32,000 nt of DNA, taken from Xanthomonas campestris pv. campestris str. ATCC 33913 (GTDB lineage Bacteria; Pseudomonadota; Gammaproteobacteria; Xanthomonadales; Xanthomonadaceae). Within the stretch, counting starts at the first letter, position 1. Every line of letters begins with the position of its first letter. Positions 9,267 to 20,114 of the stretch are shown piece by piece. The stretch spans positions 2,156,497 through 2,188,496 of the forward strand of contig NC_003902.1 of the NCBI RefSeq assembly GCF_000007145.1. The letters run 5' to 3'. The translations under genes were made by a program, and so were the position numbers. The notes beneath the pieces were generated by a model. It did no database searches and was not told the DNA's origin. It saw only the letters and a list, made by a program, of their open reading frames with translations.

Positions 9267-12035
9267 TCAGGCTGCCTTGCGGGCGGCTAGTTGGCGCAGC
9301 ACGTACTGCAGCAGGCCGCCGTGCTTGAAGTACTCCACTTCCTTCGGCGTCAGCAGCAGCACCTTGACCTGGAACTGCTTGACGCTGCCATCGGACTTCT
9401 TCGCATCGATGGTAGCGCGACGGCTGGCGCCGTCCTGCAGGCCGGTGATGTCCAGCACCTCGGAGCCATCCAGGCCCAGGGTTTGCGCATTTTCGCCTTC
9501 CAGGAACTGCAGTGGCAGCACGCCCATGCCGACCAGGTTGGAGCGGTGGATGCGCTCGAAGCTTTCGGCGACCACGGCCTTGACGCCCAGCAGGTTGGTG
9601 CCCTTGGCGGCCCAGTCACGCGAGGAGCCGGTGCCGTATTCCTTGCCGGCCAGCACCACCAGCGGCACGCCGTCGGCCTTGTACTTCATCGCCGCGTCGT
9701 AGATGGCCAGCTTCTCAGGCGTGGCGCCGTCCTTGCCGAAATACAGCGTGTTGCCGCCTTCCTCGCCACCGAACATCAGGTTCTTGATGCGAATATTGGC
9801 GAAGGTGCCGCGCACCATCACATCGTCGTTGCCGCGCCGGCTGCCGTAGCTGTTGAAGTCGGCCGGCTGCACGCCGCGCTCCTGCAGGAAACGGCCCGCG
9901 GGCGAATCCTTCTTGATGTTGCCGGCCGGGGAGATGTGGTCGGTGGTGATCGAGTCGCCGAACAAGCCCATGATGCGCGCGCCATGCACGTCGTCGACGT
10001 GGCCCACCTGCATCGTCATGCCTTCGAAATAGGGCGGGTTCTTGATGTAGGTGGACCCGGCATCCCATTCGTACAGCGCGCCATCCGGCGAGGCGATGGT
10101 GTTCCAGCGCGTATCGCCCTTGAATACATCGGCGTAGTTCTGCTTGAACATTTCCGGGCCGACGGTGGCGGCGATGGTGTCGCCGATTTCCTTGTTGCTG
10201 GGCCAGATGTCGCGCAGGTACACCGGCTGGCCGTCGCTGCCGGTGCCGAGCGGGTCGCGGGTGAGGTCGATGTCGGTGGTGCCGGCGATCGCATACGCCA
10301 CCACCAGCGGCGGCGAGGCGAGGTAGTTCATCTTGACCTCGGGATGCACGCGGCCTTCGAAGTTGCGGTTGCCCGACAACACCGAAGTCACCACCAGGTC
10401 ATCCTTGGCAATCGCCGCCGAGACGTCTTCCGGCAGCGGGCCGGAGTTGCCGATGCAGGTCGTGCAGCCGTAGCCCACCACGTAGAAGCCGAGTTGTTCC
10501 AGGTCGGCCAGCACGCCGGCCTTGCTCAGATAGTCGGTGACCACGCGCGAGCCCGGCCCAAGCGAGGTCTTCACCCAGGGCTGCGCCTTCAAGCCCTTGG
10601 CCGCGGCATTGCGGGCGAGCAGGCCGGCGCCCAGCATCACTGCCGGGTTGGAGGTGTTGGTGCACGAGGTGATCGCCGCGATCACCACCGAGCCATCGCG
10701 CAGCTGCCAGCCCGCACCGCTGTCGCCAGCGCTTTCGGCCTGCGAGGCCTTGGCGCCCACCGCGGTGCCGCCGCCGCCTTCGTTCTTGAGCCGGTCTTCC
10801 TGCTTGGTATCGGCCAAGCGCTTGCTGCGCGCCTCGGCGAACGGCTTGAGGCTTTCGCGGTAGTTGGACTGCATGTCTTCCAGCAGCACGCGGTCCTGCG
10901 GGCGCTTGGGGCCGGCCAGCGACGGTTTGACGTCGCCCATGTCCAGCTCCAGCGTGGCGCTGTACTGCGCATGCGGGGTATCGGCGTCGTGCCACAGGCC
11001 CTGTGCCTTGGCATAGGCCTCCACTAGTGCAATCTGCTCCTCGCTGCGGCCGGACAGGCGCAGGTAGGTCAGCGATTCGTTATCGACCGGGAAGATGCCG
11101 CAGGTGGCACCGTATTCCGGCGCCATGTTGCCGATGGTGGCGCGGTCGGCCAGCGGCAGGTGCTGCAGGCCTTCACCGTAGAACTCCACGAACTTGCCCA
11201 CCACCCCGTGCTTGCGCAGCATCTGGGTGACCGTGAGTACCAGGTCGGTGGCGGTGGCGCCTTCGGGCAGCTTGCCGGTGAGCTTGAAGCCCACCACCTG
11301 CGGAATCAGCATGGAGGAGGGCTGGCCGAGCATCGCCGCTTCCGCCTCGATGCCGCCCACGCCCCAGCCCAGCACGCCGATACCGTTGATCATGGTGGTA
11401 TGGCTGTCGGTGCCGAACACGGTGTCCGGATAGGCGATCTGGGTGCCGTCCTTGTCCGCGCTCATCACCACGCGTGCCAGATTCTCCAGGTTCACCTGGT
11501 GGACGATGCCAGTGTTGGGCGGCACCACCTTGAAGTTGTCGAAGGCCTTCTGGCCCCAGCGCAGGAAGCCGTAGCGCTCCTGGTTACGCTGGAATTCGAT
11601 CTTGCCGTTGAGGTCCAGCGCCTCGGGCTTACCGAACACGTCCACCTGCACCGAGTGGTCGATGACCAGTTCGGAGGGAATCTGCGGATTGATCTGGTCG
11701 GCATTGCCGCCGAGCTTGACCACCGCATCGCGCATCGCGGCCAGGTCGACCACGCAGGGCACGCCGGTGAAGTCCTGCAGCACCACGCGCGCCGGCATGA
11801 AGGCGATTTCGATATCGGGTTCGGCGGTCGGGTCCCACTTGGCGACCGCTTCGATGTGGTCCTTGCCGACGGTGACGCCACCGTCTTCATGCCGGAGCAG
11901 GTTCTCCAGCAGGATCTTCATCGAGTAGGGCAGGCGGGCGACATCGAAGCGCTCGCCCAGTTTGGGCAGGCTGTAGTAGTCGTAGCGCTGGCCGTTGACC
12001 TCTAGCGAGGTGCGGGTGGAAAAGGAATCGCTCAT
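9267..12035 (-). CDS. acnA: Aconitate hydratase 1 (AcnA; RpfA in the Xanthomonas rpf nomenclature)
   Basis: 922 aa. AcnA/IRP-type aconitase motifs ([48 protein letters not shown]). ATG 12035 follows AGGAG. Confidence 0.97.
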   Translation of the reverse strand: MSDSFSTRTSLEVNGQRYDYYSLPKLGERFDVARLPYSMKILLENLLRHEDGGVTVGKDHIEAVAKWDPTAEPDIEIAFMPARVVLQDFTGVPCVVDLAAMRDAVVKLGGNADQINPQIPSELVIDHSVQVDVFGKPEALDLNGKIEFQRNQERYGFLRWGQKAFDNFKVVPPNTGIVHQVNLENLARVVMSADKDGTQIAYPDTVFGTDSHTTMINGIGVLGWGVGGIEAEAAMLGQPSSMLIPQVVGFKLTGKLPEGATATDLVLTVTQMLRKHGVVGKFVEFYGEGLQHLPLADRATIGNMAPEYGATCGIFPVDNESLTYLRLSGRSEEQIALVEAYAKAQGLWHDADTPHAQYSATLELDMGDVKPSLAGPKRPQDRVLLEDMQSNYRESLKPFAEARSKRLADTKQEDRLKNEGGGGTAVGAKASQAESAGDSGAGWQLRDGSVVIAAITSCTNTSNPAVMLGAGLLARNAAAKGLKAQPWVKTSLGPGSRVVTDYLSKAGVLADLEQLGFYVVGYGCTTCIGNSGPLPEDVSAAIAKDDLVVTSVLSGNRNFEGRVHPEVKMNYLASPPLVVAYAIAGTTDIDLTRDPLGTGSDGQPVYLRDIWPSNKEIGDTIAATVGPEMFKQNYADVFKGDTRWNTIASPDGALYEWDAGSTYIKNPPYFEGMTMQVGHVDDVHGARIMGLFGDSITTDHISPAGNIKKDSPAGRFLQERGVQPADFNSYGSRRGNDDVMVRGTFANIRIKNLMFGGEEGGNTLYFGKDGATPEKLAIYDAAMKYKADGVPLVVLAGKEYGTGSSRDWAAKGTNLLGVKAVVAESFERIHRSNLVGMGVLPLQFLEGENAQTLGLDGSEVLDITGLQDGASRRATIDAKKSDGSVKQFQVKVLLLTPKEVEYFKHGGLLQYVLRQLAARKAA

Positions 12036-12126
12036 GCATCACTCCTATGGCTTGCAGGCTTTAGGCTCGGCCACAGTGTGACCGATTCAGTGTGTACGCC
12101 CGGTTTGTGCACACCGGTATGTGGCC

Positions 12127-12166
12127 TTGAGTACGACAAGTCAAGTATGTAGAATTCATGCATACT
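12127..12166 (+). promoter_or_regulatory. Putative sigma-70 promoter of vapBC with an overlapping palindromic operator
   Basis: TTGAGT (12127..12132), 17-nt spacer, TAGAAT (12150..12155). The inverted repeat AGTATG (12144..12149) / CATACT (12161..12166) brackets the -10 and a central GAATTC. Locally AT-rich. Confidence 0.5.
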
Positions 12167-12183
12167 TTTTCCGCGGAGCGCCC

Positions 12184-12441
12184 ATGGAAGCCACTGTTGC
12201 CGAACGCGGTCAGATCACGCTGCCCAAGGCGGTGCGCGATGCGCTGGGGCTGACCAAGGGCACCACGCTCAAGGTCGAGCTGGAAGGCGGCCGCATCATT
12301 CTGCGCAAGAGTGTTGACGATGCCATTTCACGTGCACGCGGCCGCTTCAAGCTGGACGGCTTTGCCAGCACCGACGATGCGATGCGTGCCATCCGTGGGC
12401 GTGCGCCGGGCGATCCGCTCGATCCCGAAGCCGGCGCATGA
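12184..12441 (+). CDS. vapB: AbrB/SpoVT-fold antitoxin (VapB-like)
   Basis: ORF 12121..12441 trimmed to ATG 12184; 85 aa. N-terminal GQITLPKAVRDALGLTKGTTL swapped-hairpin motif. Its stop overlaps the next start (ATGA at 12438..12441). Confidence 0.8.
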   Translation: MEATVAERGQITLPKAVRDALGLTKGTTLKVELEGGRIILRKSVDDAISRARGRFKLDGFASTDDAMRAIRGRAPGDPLDPEAGA

Positions 12442-12845
12442 TCGCCATTGATTCATCGGTGCTGGTCGACCTGCTGGCCGACAGTGCCCAAGCAGACGCT
12501 GCCGAAGCCTGCCTGCGCCAATGCCTGAGCACCGGCCCGGTGGTGGTCTGCGACGTGGTGCTGGCCGAGGTCTGCAGCGCGCTGCGCGATGGCGCCGAAG
12601 CGCTGTCGGTGCTGGAAGACATGAGCATCCGCTTCAACGCGCTGGAGGCCAAGTCGGCCTTGCGCGCCGGCGAGATGCAGCGCCGCTTCCGTGCGCGCGG
12701 CGGCAAGCGCGAACGGGTGGTGGCGGACTTCCTGATCGGTGCGCACGCGATGCTGCAATGCGACGGCCTGATCACCCGCGACGACAGTTTTTTCCGCGAC
12801 TACTTCAAGGGCTTGAAGATCATCGTGCCCAAGCCCGCTGCCTGA
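12438..12845 (+). CDS. vapC: PIN-domain ribonuclease toxin (VapC-like)
   Basis: 135 aa. PIN acidic residues are in the expected positions ([21 protein letters not shown]). 4-nt overlap with the upstream antitoxin gene. Confidence 0.85.
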   Translation: MIAIDSSVLVDLLADSAQADAAEACLRQCLSTGPVVVCDVVLAEVCSALRDGAEALSVLEDMSIRFNALEAKSALRAGEMQRRFRARGGKRERVVADFLIGAHAMLQCDGLITRDDSFFRDYFKGLKIIVPKPAA

Positions 12846-12897
12846 TCCACGTTTTTCACGTTCTACACATTCACTAGCTGTCCTTTGGAGAATCCGC

Positions 12898-15489
12898 ATG
12901 TTGGAAGCCTATCGCCACCACGTTGCAGAGCGCCAAGCGCTCGGTATCCCGCCGCTGCCGCTGACCGCGCAGCAGACCGCCGAGGTCATCGAGCTGCTGA
13001 AGAACCCGCCCGCCGGCGAAGAGGCCTTCCTGGTCGAGCTGCTCAGCCAGCGCGTGCCGGCCGGCGTGGATGACGCCGCCAAGGTCAAGGCCTCGTACCT
13101 GGCCGCGGTGGCGTTCGGCACCGAGACCAGCGCGCTGATCTCGCCGACGCGTGCCACCGAACTGCTGGGCACCATGCTGGGCGGTTACAACATCCATCCG
13201 CTGATCGAGCTGCTGGACAACACCGAGCTCGGCGCCACCGCCGCCGAAGCGCTCAAGCACACCTTGCTGGTGTTCGATGCGTTCCACGACGTGCAGGAAA
13301 AGGCCGAAGCCGGCAACGCGCACGCCAAGGCCGTGCTGCAGAGCTGGGCCGATGCCGAGTGGTTCACCAGCAAGCCGGAAGTGCCGCAGAGCATGACCAT
13401 CACCGTGTTCAAGGTGCCGGGCGAAACCAACACCGACGACCTGTCGCCGGCACCGGATGCGACCACCCGCCCGGACATCCCGCTGCACGCACTGGCAATG
13501 CTGAAGAATGCGCGCGAAGGCGCGGCCTTCGTGCCGGAAGAAGACGGCAAGCGCGGCCCGATCCAGGCCATCGCCGATCTCAAGGACAAGGGCCATCTGG
13601 TTGCTTATGTTGGCGACGTGGTCGGTACCGGTTCCTCGCGCAAGTCGGCGACCAACTCGGTGCTGTGGTGGACCGGCGAAGACATTCCGTACATCCCTAA
13701 CAAGCGCTTCGGCGGCGTGTGCCTGGGTTCGAAGATCGCGCCGATCTTCTACAACACGATGGAAGACGCCGGTGCGTTGCCGATCGAGCTGGACGTGTCG
13801 CGGATGGAGCATGGCGACGTGGTCGAGTTGCGTCCGTATGACGGCAAGGCGCTGAAGGACGGGCAGGTGATTGCCGAGTTCGCAATGAAGTCGGACGTGC
13901 TGTTCGACGAAGTGCGCGCCGGTGGCCGCATTCCGCTGATCGTGGGCCGTGGCCTCACCGCCAAGGCACGCGAATTCCTCGGCCTGCCGGCGTCGGACCT
14001 GTTCCGTCTGCCGATGGACCCGCCGGACACCGGCAAGGGCTTCTCGCTGGCACAGAAGATAGTTGGCCGCGCCTGCGGTCTGCCGGAAGGCCAGGGCATG
14101 CGCCCGGGCACCTATTGCGAGCCGAAGATGACCTCGGTGGGCTCGCAGGACACCACCGGCCCGATGACCCGCGACGAGCTGAAGGACCTGGCCTGCCTGG
14201 GCTTCTCGGCCGACCTGGTGATGCAGTCGTTCTGCCACACCGCGGCGTATCCGAAGCCGGTGGACGTCAAGACCCACCACACGCTGCCGGAGTTCATCTC
14301 CACCCGCGGCGGCGTGTCGCTGCGCCCGGGCGACGGCGTGATCCACAGCTGGCTCAATCGCATGCTGCTGCCCGACACCGTCGGCACCGGCGGCGACTCG
14401 CACACGCGTTTCCCGATCGGCATTTCGTTCCCGGCCGGCTCCGGTCTGGTGGCCTTTGCCGCCGCCACCGGTGTGATGCCGCTGGACATGCCGGAGAGCG
14501 TGCTGGTGCGCTTCAAGGGCGAAATGCAGCCGGGCGTGACCCTGCGTGACCTGGTCAACGCAATCCCGCTGTACGCGATCAAGGACGGTCTGCTGACCGT
14601 GGCCAAGCAGGGCAAGAAGAACATCTTCTCCGGCCGTATCCTGGAAATCGAAGGCTTGCCGAACCTGAAGGTGGAGCAGGCGTTCGAGCTGTCCGACGCG
14701 TCCGCCGAGCGTTCCGCGGCCGGTTGCACCGTGCACCTGGACAAGGCGCCGATCATCGAATACCTGACCAGCAACATCACCCTGCTGCGCTGGATGATTG
14801 CCGAAGGCTATGCCGATGCGCGCACGCTGGGCCGCCGCATCAAGAAGATGGAAGAGTGGCTGGCCGATCCGCAGCTGCTGCAGCCCGATGCCGACGCCGA
14901 ATACGCCGCCGTCATCGAGATCGATCTGGCCGATATCCACGAGCCGATCGTGGCGTGCCCGAACGACCCGGACGACGTCAAGACGCTGTCGGAGGTTGCC
15001 GGTGCGGCGATCGACGAAGTGTTCATCGGTTCGTGCATGACCAACATCGGCCACTTCCGTGCCGCGGCGAAGCTGCTGGAAGGCAAGCGCGATATCCCGA
15101 CCCGCCTGTGGGTGGCACCGCCGACCAAGATGGACGCCTCCGAGCTGACCAAGGAAGGCCATTACGGCACCTTCGGCGCGGCCGGTGCACGCATGGAAAT
15201 GCCGGGCTGCTCGCTGTGCATGGGCAACCAGGCACAGGCACGCGAGGGCGCCACGGTGTTCTCCACCTCCACGCGTAACTTCCCGAACCGTCTGGGCCGC
15301 AACACCAACGTGTATCTGGGTTCGGCGGAGCTGGCGGCAATCTGCTCGCGTCTGGGTCGCATCCCGACCAAGGACGAGTACATGGCCGATGTGGGCGTGA
15401 TCAAGACCAGTGGCGAGCAGATCTACCGCTACATGAACTTCGATCAGATCCAGGAATATCAGGACGTGGCCGACACCGTCGCTGCCTGA
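12898..15489 (+). CDS. acnB: Aconitate hydratase 2 / 2-methylisocitrate dehydratase (AcnB)
   Basis: 863 aa. AcnB-specific N-terminal HEAT-like domain ([22 protein letters not shown]), swivel domain and catalytic motifs ([30 protein letters not shown]). GGAGA RBS. Confidence 0.97.
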   Translation: MLEAYRHHVAERQALGIPPLPLTAQQTAEVIELLKNPPAGEEAFLVELLSQRVPAGVDDAAKVKASYLAAVAFGTETSALISPTRATELLGTMLGGYNIHPLIELLDNTELGATAAEALKHTLLVFDAFHDVQEKAEAGNAHAKAVLQSWADAEWFTSKPEVPQSMTITVFKVPGETNTDDLSPAPDATTRPDIPLHALAMLKNAREGAAFVPEEDGKRGPIQAIADLKDKGHLVAYVGDVVGTGSSRKSATNSVLWWTGEDIPYIPNKRFGGVCLGSKIAPIFYNTMEDAGALPIELDVSRMEHGDVVELRPYDGKALKDGQVIAEFAMKSDVLFDEVRAGGRIPLIVGRGLTAKAREFLGLPASDLFRLPMDPPDTGKGFSLAQKIVGRACGLPEGQGMRPGTYCEPKMTSVGSQDTTGPMTRDELKDLACLGFSADLVMQSFCHTAAYPKPVDVKTHHTLPEFISTRGGVSLRPGDGVIHSWLNRMLLPDTVGTGGDSHTRFPIGISFPAGSGLVAFAAATGVMPLDMPESVLVRFKGEMQPGVTLRDLVNAIPLYAIKDGLLTVAKQGKKNIFSGRILEIEGLPNLKVEQAFELSDASAERSAAGCTVHLDKAPIIEYLTSNITLLRWMIAEGYADARTLGRRIKKMEEWLADPQLLQPDADAEYAAVIEIDLADIHEPIVACPNDPDDVKTLSEVAGAAIDEVFIGSCMTNIGHFRAAAKLLEGKRDIPTRLWVAPPTKMDASELTKEGHYGTFGAAGARMEMPGCSLCMGNQAQAREGATVFSTSTRNFPNRLGRNTNVYLGSAELAAICSRLGRIPTKDEYMADVGVIKTSGEQIYRYMNFDQIQEYQDVADTVAA

Positions 15490-15511
15490 TCGAGCGCAGC
15501 ACGTTCGTCGC

Positions 15512-15541
15512 AAAACGCCCGGCATTGCCGGGCGTTTTTCG
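15512..15541 (+). terminator. Intrinsic terminator of acnB
   Basis: AAAACGCCCGGC-ATT-GCCGGGCGTTTT hairpin followed by a T-run, 22 nt after the stop. Confidence 0.85.
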
Positions 15542-15684
15542 TTTAACGGGCACTGGCTTCGTCTGGCCGTACAAGTGCGTGCGCCAACGCAAATCGCAGG
15601 TAACTCCTCTGGCGCGTTGCAACAAAAATCTGATGTGCACGGGTCTAGAGTGTCGCCGCTTCCCCCATTGCGGTTCGATGTCCA

Positions 15685-16500
15685 ATGCCCACTTGCACGA
15701 TCGCTGGTCAACCGCTGCACTACGCACAACATGGTCACGGGTTCCCGGTGTTGCTGGGACACAGTTACCTCTGGGATGCGGCAATGTGGGAACCGCAGGT
15801 TCACGCACTCTCGCAACATTATCGGGTCATCGTTCCCGAGCTGTGGGGACATGGGCAATCGGCGGCGCTGCCGGATGGCACGCAGACGGTTGGCGATCTT
15901 GCCGAGCAGATGCTGATGCTGCTGGATGCGTTGGAACTGCCGCAGTGTGCGGTGGTCGGTTTGTCGGTCGGTGGCATGTGGGGCGCCGAGCTGGCGCTGC
16001 TGGCACCGGAGCGCGTGCGCAGCCTGGTGCTGATGGATACCTTCCTGGGTGCCGAACCGCAGGCGACGCAAACGCGCTATTTCGGTCTGCTCGATGCGAT
16101 CGAAGCGGCAGGGCAGGTAACGCCTGCGTTGATCGAGGCGATCGTGCCGATTTTCTTTCGGCCTGGTATCGATCTGAGCTCTGCATTGCCGGCTGCGTTT
16201 GCGCAGCGATTGGCGGCGATGTCGGCCGAGCAGCTGCGCGCATCGGTGGTGCCGCTGGGCCGGTTGATCTTCGGGCGTGCCGATCGATTGGAGGCGTTGT
16301 CTGCGCTGAATCCGGCAAATACGTTCTTGCTGGGTGGCGAATACGATATTCCGCGCCCGCCGGAAGAGTTGTGGCTGATGGCCGAAGTGATCGGCTGCGA
16401 TTACGAGTTGGTGCCCGATGCCGGGCATATCGCGTCGCTGGAGAATCCTGCGTTCGTCACTGCCCAGTTGTTGGGTTGGTTGAAGCGGACAGTGGGGTAG
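15685..16500 (+). CDS. Alpha/beta-fold hydrolase, substrate unknown
   Basis: 271 aa. HG oxyanion motif (LLGHSYLW), nucleophile elbow GLSVGG, C-terminal DAGHIASLENP histidine motif. Confidence 0.85.
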   Translation: MPTCTIAGQPLHYAQHGHGFPVLLGHSYLWDAAMWEPQVHALSQHYRVIVPELWGHGQSAALPDGTQTVGDLAEQMLMLLDALELPQCAVVGLSVGGMWGAELALLAPERVRSLVLMDTFLGAEPQATQTRYFGLLDAIEAAGQVTPALIEAIVPIFFRPGIDLSSALPAAFAQRLAAMSAEQLRASVVPLGRLIFGRADRLEALSALNPANTFLLGGEYDIPRPPEELWLMAEVIGCDYELVPDAGHIASLENPAFVTAQLLGWLKRTVG

Positions 16501-16533
16501 TGCTTGAGGAGTTGGGCGCGTGCGGGATGAAGC

Positions 16534-16632
16534 CCGTACCCTCACCCCAACCCCTCTCCCGCAGGGAGAGGGGCTTTGGTTTCCTTCTCCCATCGGGAAG
16601 AAGGTGGCGCAAAGCGCCGGATGAGGGTACGG
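16534..16632. repeat. 99-bp REP/MITE-like palindromic element
   Basis: 11-bp terminal inverted repeats, CCGTACCCTCA (16534..16544) and TGAGGGTACGG (16622..16632), enclose three hairpins. These are CCCCTCTCCC-GCA-GGGAGAGGGG (16551..16573), CCTTCTCCC-ATC-GGGAAGAAGG (16583..16604) and GGCGC-AAA-GCGCC (16606..16618). Lies in a convergent intergenic region. Confidence 0.7.
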
Positions 16633-16640
16633 CTTACTCC

Positions 16641-16678
16641 AGTACCACCAGCCCAAGCGAGTACCACCAGCTCAAGCG
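16641..16678. repeat. Tandem 19-bp direct repeat
   Basis: AGTACCACCAGCCCAAGCG (16641..16659) is followed directly by AGTACCACCAGCTCAAGCG (16660..16678), with 1 mismatch. Confidence 0.8.
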
Positions 16679-16749
16679 TGATCAAAAGTTTAACGATTGC
16701 ACTGCATGCAACCGTCGAGGCTGAAGCAAACCGCCAAGACTGCAACCCG

Positions 16750-19032
16750 CTAAGACTGCGCACCCAACCAGGCTTCCAGGGCGGCGGCGGGCAGGGGGCG
16801 CGAGAACAGGTAGCCCTGCAGCACTTCGCAACCCAGATCGGCCAGCAGCAGGCGTTGTGCTTCGTTCTCCACACCTTCGGCGACCACGTGCTTGCGCAGG
16901 TGCTCGCCGATGCGCAGCACCGAGGTGGTGAGCGCGCGTGCGTCTTCGCTGTGTTCGATGTCGCGCACGAAGCTCATGTCGAGCTTGAGTTCGTCGATCG
17001 GCAGGCGGTGCAGGTGGCTCAGGCTGGAATAGCCGGTGCCGAAGTCGTCCAGCGACAGGGAGATGCCGGCTTCGCGGATGGCGTGCAGGTTCTCCAGCAC
17101 GCCGGGCTGGCCGGAGAGCATCACGCTCTCGGTCATTTCCAGCGTGAGGTCCGACGGCTGCACGCCCATGTCGTCGATCAGGCGCAGCAGGTCGGTGAGC
17201 ATGCGCGGGCTTTCGAAGCTGCTCGCCGACAGATTGACCGAGACCCGCGCCACCGGCACGCCGCGTTGGCGCCAATCGGCAACCTGTTCGCAGGCGCGAC
17301 GCAGCACCCAGTCGTTGAGCTGCGGCATCATGCCTTGCTCTTCGGCCACCGGCAGGAAGCGCGCGGGCGACACGGCGCCCAGTTGCGGGTGGTTCCAGCG
17401 CAACAAGGCTTCCACGCCATACAGCGCATGCGGCGCCTGGCTGAGCAATTGCGGTTGATAGTGCAGCTGCAGTTGATTGCGGCCGATCGCCTGGCGCAGC
17501 TCTGCTTCCAGCGCCACGCGCTCCTGCGCCATGCGGTTCATGTCGGCACTGAAGAAGCGGAAACGCCCGCCGCCTTCCTTCTTGGCGCGGTTCATTGCCA
17601 GATCGGCATGCCGCAGCAGGATGTTGATATCGCGCCCGTCCTCGGGAAACATCGCCACGCCGACGCTGGCAGACGGGTGCACGGTCATGTGGCCCACCGG
17701 CAGCGGGCCGGCGATGGTGCCGAGCAGGCGTTCGGCGGTGGCGCTGGCCTGCTCGGCGCTGCATTGCGGCAGGGCCAGGGCGAATTCATCGCCGGCCAGG
17801 CGCGCCAGCATGGCAGTGGCGGTGAGCTGTTCACCGATACGCAATGCGATGTCGCGCAACAAGCCGTCGCCGGCCGCGTGACCCTGGCTGTCGTTGATCA
17901 GCTTGAAGCGGTCGATGTTGATGAACATCAACGCAGCCGGCTCGCCGGCATATTCGGCATGCGTCAGGGCTTGCTCGGCGCGGGCACTGAACATGATGCG
18001 GTTGGGCAGGCCGGTGAGTGCGTCATAGAAGGCCAGTTGATGCACGCGCTGGCGGATCTGTTCGCGCTCCAGCGCCAGGGTGCACAGCTGCTGGCACAGG
18101 TCAGTGAGCTTGACGTGCCAGGCATCGGCGCGCCGCACACTGCGGTAATACAGCGCAAAGGTGCCGAGCACGCGCGAGCTGTTGGCGCGGATCGGCGTGC
18201 TCCAGCAGGCACGCAGGCCCATCGGCAACAGCAGATCACGGAAATGGGTAAACAGCGGATCGTTGGCGATGTCTTCCACCATCACCGCGCGGCCGCGCCA
18301 GGCAGCGGTGCCGCAAGCGCCGGCACCGGGGCCGATCTTCAGGCCATTGACCGCATCGGCATACTCGGGCGGCAGGCTGGGCGCGGCCAGCGAGTGCAGG
18401 CAGCCGTCGTTGTCGGCGCTCATCACCGTGGCCAGCACTTCCGGGGCGATGCGTTCCACCTCGGTGCAGATCAGCGTCATCACTTCGATTAGCGGGCGCT
18501 CTTGCACCAGCGCCTCCAGCACGCGGTGCTGCAGCACTTCGTGCATCTTGGTTTCGGTGATGTCGGTAAGCACCGCGACGTAATGCGATGGGTTGTGCTG
18601 GGCGTCGTAGATCGGGTTGAAGTTGAGCGAGATCCACAGCGGCGTGCCGTCCTTGCGGTACACCAGCAGGTCGGCCTGGGTCTGTTGCAAGGCGTCGGCG
18701 CGTTCGCGGATGCGCGCGACTTCGGTCTGGTCACTGAGCGCGCGGGTCAGCACGTGCGAGGGCCGCTGGCCGACCAGTTCGGCTTCGGTGTAGCCGAACA
18801 TGCGCTCGAAGCCATCGTTGGCGTACAGCAGGCGCGATTGCAGATCGCAGATCAGGATGGCGCTGCTGCTGCCATCCAGGGCCTGGGCGAGCAGGCGCGA
18901 ACGGGTGTCCGACGCGCTCTCTCCCGGCATGGCATCGATCTGTGTCGGCGTTTCCGCATGGCCGGCCGCGGCGGATCCCGGACTGCCGGGGTCCGCCGCG
19001 GGGTCGGCTGGATGCGGGGGAGGTGCGGTCAT
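16750..19032 (-). CDS. PAS-GAF-GGDEF(AGDEF)-EAL c-di-GMP turnover protein
   Basis: 760 aa with PAS, GAF, GGDEF and EAL domains. PAS: ILICDLQSRLLYANDGFERMFGY. GAF region is present. GGDEF domain has a degenerate signature (RLAGDEF) and no RxxD I-site. EAL domain has intact catalytic motifs (EALLRW, DDFGTGYSSL, EGVE, QGYLFSRP). ATG 19032 lies 5 nt after the cheB stop; ATG 18930 is an alternative start. Confidence 0.92.
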   Translation of the reverse strand: MTAPPPHPADPAADPGSPGSAAAGHAETPTQIDAMPGESASDTRSRLLAQALDGSSSAILICDLQSRLLYANDGFERMFGYTEAELVGQRPSHVLTRALSDQTEVARIRERADALQQTQADLLVYRKDGTPLWISLNFNPIYDAQHNPSHYVAVLTDITETKMHEVLQHRVLEALVQERPLIEVMTLICTEVERIAPEVLATVMSADNDGCLHSLAAPSLPPEYADAVNGLKIGPGAGACGTAAWRGRAVMVEDIANDPLFTHFRDLLLPMGLRACWSTPIRANSSRVLGTFALYYRSVRRADAWHVKLTDLCQQLCTLALEREQIRQRVHQLAFYDALTGLPNRIMFSARAEQALTHAEYAGEPAALMFINIDRFKLINDSQGHAAGDGLLRDIALRIGEQLTATAMLARLAGDEFALALPQCSAEQASATAERLLGTIAGPLPVGHMTVHPSASVGVAMFPEDGRDINILLRHADLAMNRAKKEGGGRFRFFSADMNRMAQERVALEAELRQAIGRNQLQLHYQPQLLSQAPHALYGVEALLRWNHPQLGAVSPARFLPVAEEQGMMPQLNDWVLRRACEQVADWRQRGVPVARVSVNLSASSFESPRMLTDLLRLIDDMGVQPSDLTLEMTESVMLSGQPGVLENLHAIREAGISLSLDDFGTGYSSLSHLHRLPIDELKLDMSFVRDIEHSEDARALTTSVLRIGEHLRKHVVAEGVENEAQRLLLADLGCEVLQGYLFSRPLPAAALEAWLGAQS

Positions 19033-19037
19033 ACGCT

Positions 19038-20114
19038 TCAGCGTGCCTGTGCGGACAGCGCGATGAGGCGTTCGGCCACGCGTTCCAAGGGCACCACTTC
19101 CTGCGCAGCGCCCAGTTTGTAGGCGGCACCGGGCATGCCCCAGACCACGCTGCTGGCTTCGTCCTGCACCAGCGTGGGCGCGCCGGCCTGCAGCATTTCC
19201 AGCAGGCCGCGTGCGCCGTCGTCGCCCATGCCGGTGAGGATGGCGCCGACCGCATTCGGGCCGGCGTTGGCGGCGACGGAACGGAACAGCACGTCCACCG
19301 CCGGCTTGTGGCGATTGACCGGCGGGCCGTCGTCGATACGGCAGCGCCAGCGCGCACCGTCACGGATGATGCGCAGATGCTGGCCGCCCGGCGGCAGATA
19401 GGCGTGGCCCGGCAGAATGGCTTCGCCGTCGCTGGCCTCGCGCACCGACATCGCCGAGTGGCGATTCAGGCGCTCGGCAAATGCGGTGCTGAAGCTGGCC
19501 GGCAGATGCTGGGTCATGACCACCGCAGGGGCATCGGCCGGCATGTGTTCCAGCACCACGCGCAGCGCCTCGGTGCCGCCGGCGGAGGCGCCGATGGCAA
19601 TCAGGCGGTCAGTCGTGCGGAAACGCAGCGCGCTGCCCGGCACGGGCGCGGACTGCATGTCCAGGGTGATCTTGGGCGCGCTGGGACGATTGAGCGCGCT
19701 CACCTTGGCCTTGGCGGCCATCTTGACCTTGCTGACGATTTCTTCGGCATAGCCTTCCAGGCCACGCGCAACGTCTATCTTGGGCTTGGAGATGAAATCC
19801 ACCGCGCCCAGCGACAGCGCCTGCAGCGTGGTGTCGGCGCCGCGCTCGGTCAGCGAGGAAATCATGACCACCGGGGTGGGGCGCAGGCGCATGAGGTTTT
19901 CCAGGAACACCAGCCCGTCCATCCGCGGCATTTCCACATCCAGCGTGATCACGTCCGGATTGAGGCGTTTGATCTTTTCGCGCGCCAGCAACGGGTCGGC
20001 GGCCGAGCCGACGACTTCGATGCCGGGGTCGCGCGAGAGGATTTCGGTGAGCATCTGACGCACAACCGCCGAGTCGTCGACGATCAACACACGTACAGGA
20101 GTTTCCAGCGTCAT
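19038..20114 (-). CDS. cheB: Chemotaxis response regulator protein-glutamate methylesterase
   Basis: ORF 19038..20276 trimmed to ATG 20114; 358 aa. REC ([21 protein letters not shown]) plus methylesterase domain ([18 protein letters not shown]). ATGA overlap with the cheD stop. Confidence 0.95.

Noticed and set aside
12060-12126. Clp/CRP-like site (TGTGA-N6-...) and the TGTGCACA palindrome in the acnA upstream region
   Set aside because: Only one half-site matches TGTGA-N6-TCACA. The 8-bp palindrome is too short to assign to any regulator.
12874-16656. 1260-aa minus-strand ORF covering all of acnB and the hydrolase gene
   Set aside because: It is antisense to two genes with unmistakable homology. 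It is Arg/Ala/Gly/His-rich with low complexity, which is the usual long-ORF artefact of ~65% GC DNA with GC3-rich genes on the opposite strand.
16750-19032. Calling the GGDEF domain an active diguanylate cyclase
   Set aside because: The signature is AGDEF and there is no RxxD I-site, so activity cannot be inferred from sequence. Only the EAL half looks catalytically complete.
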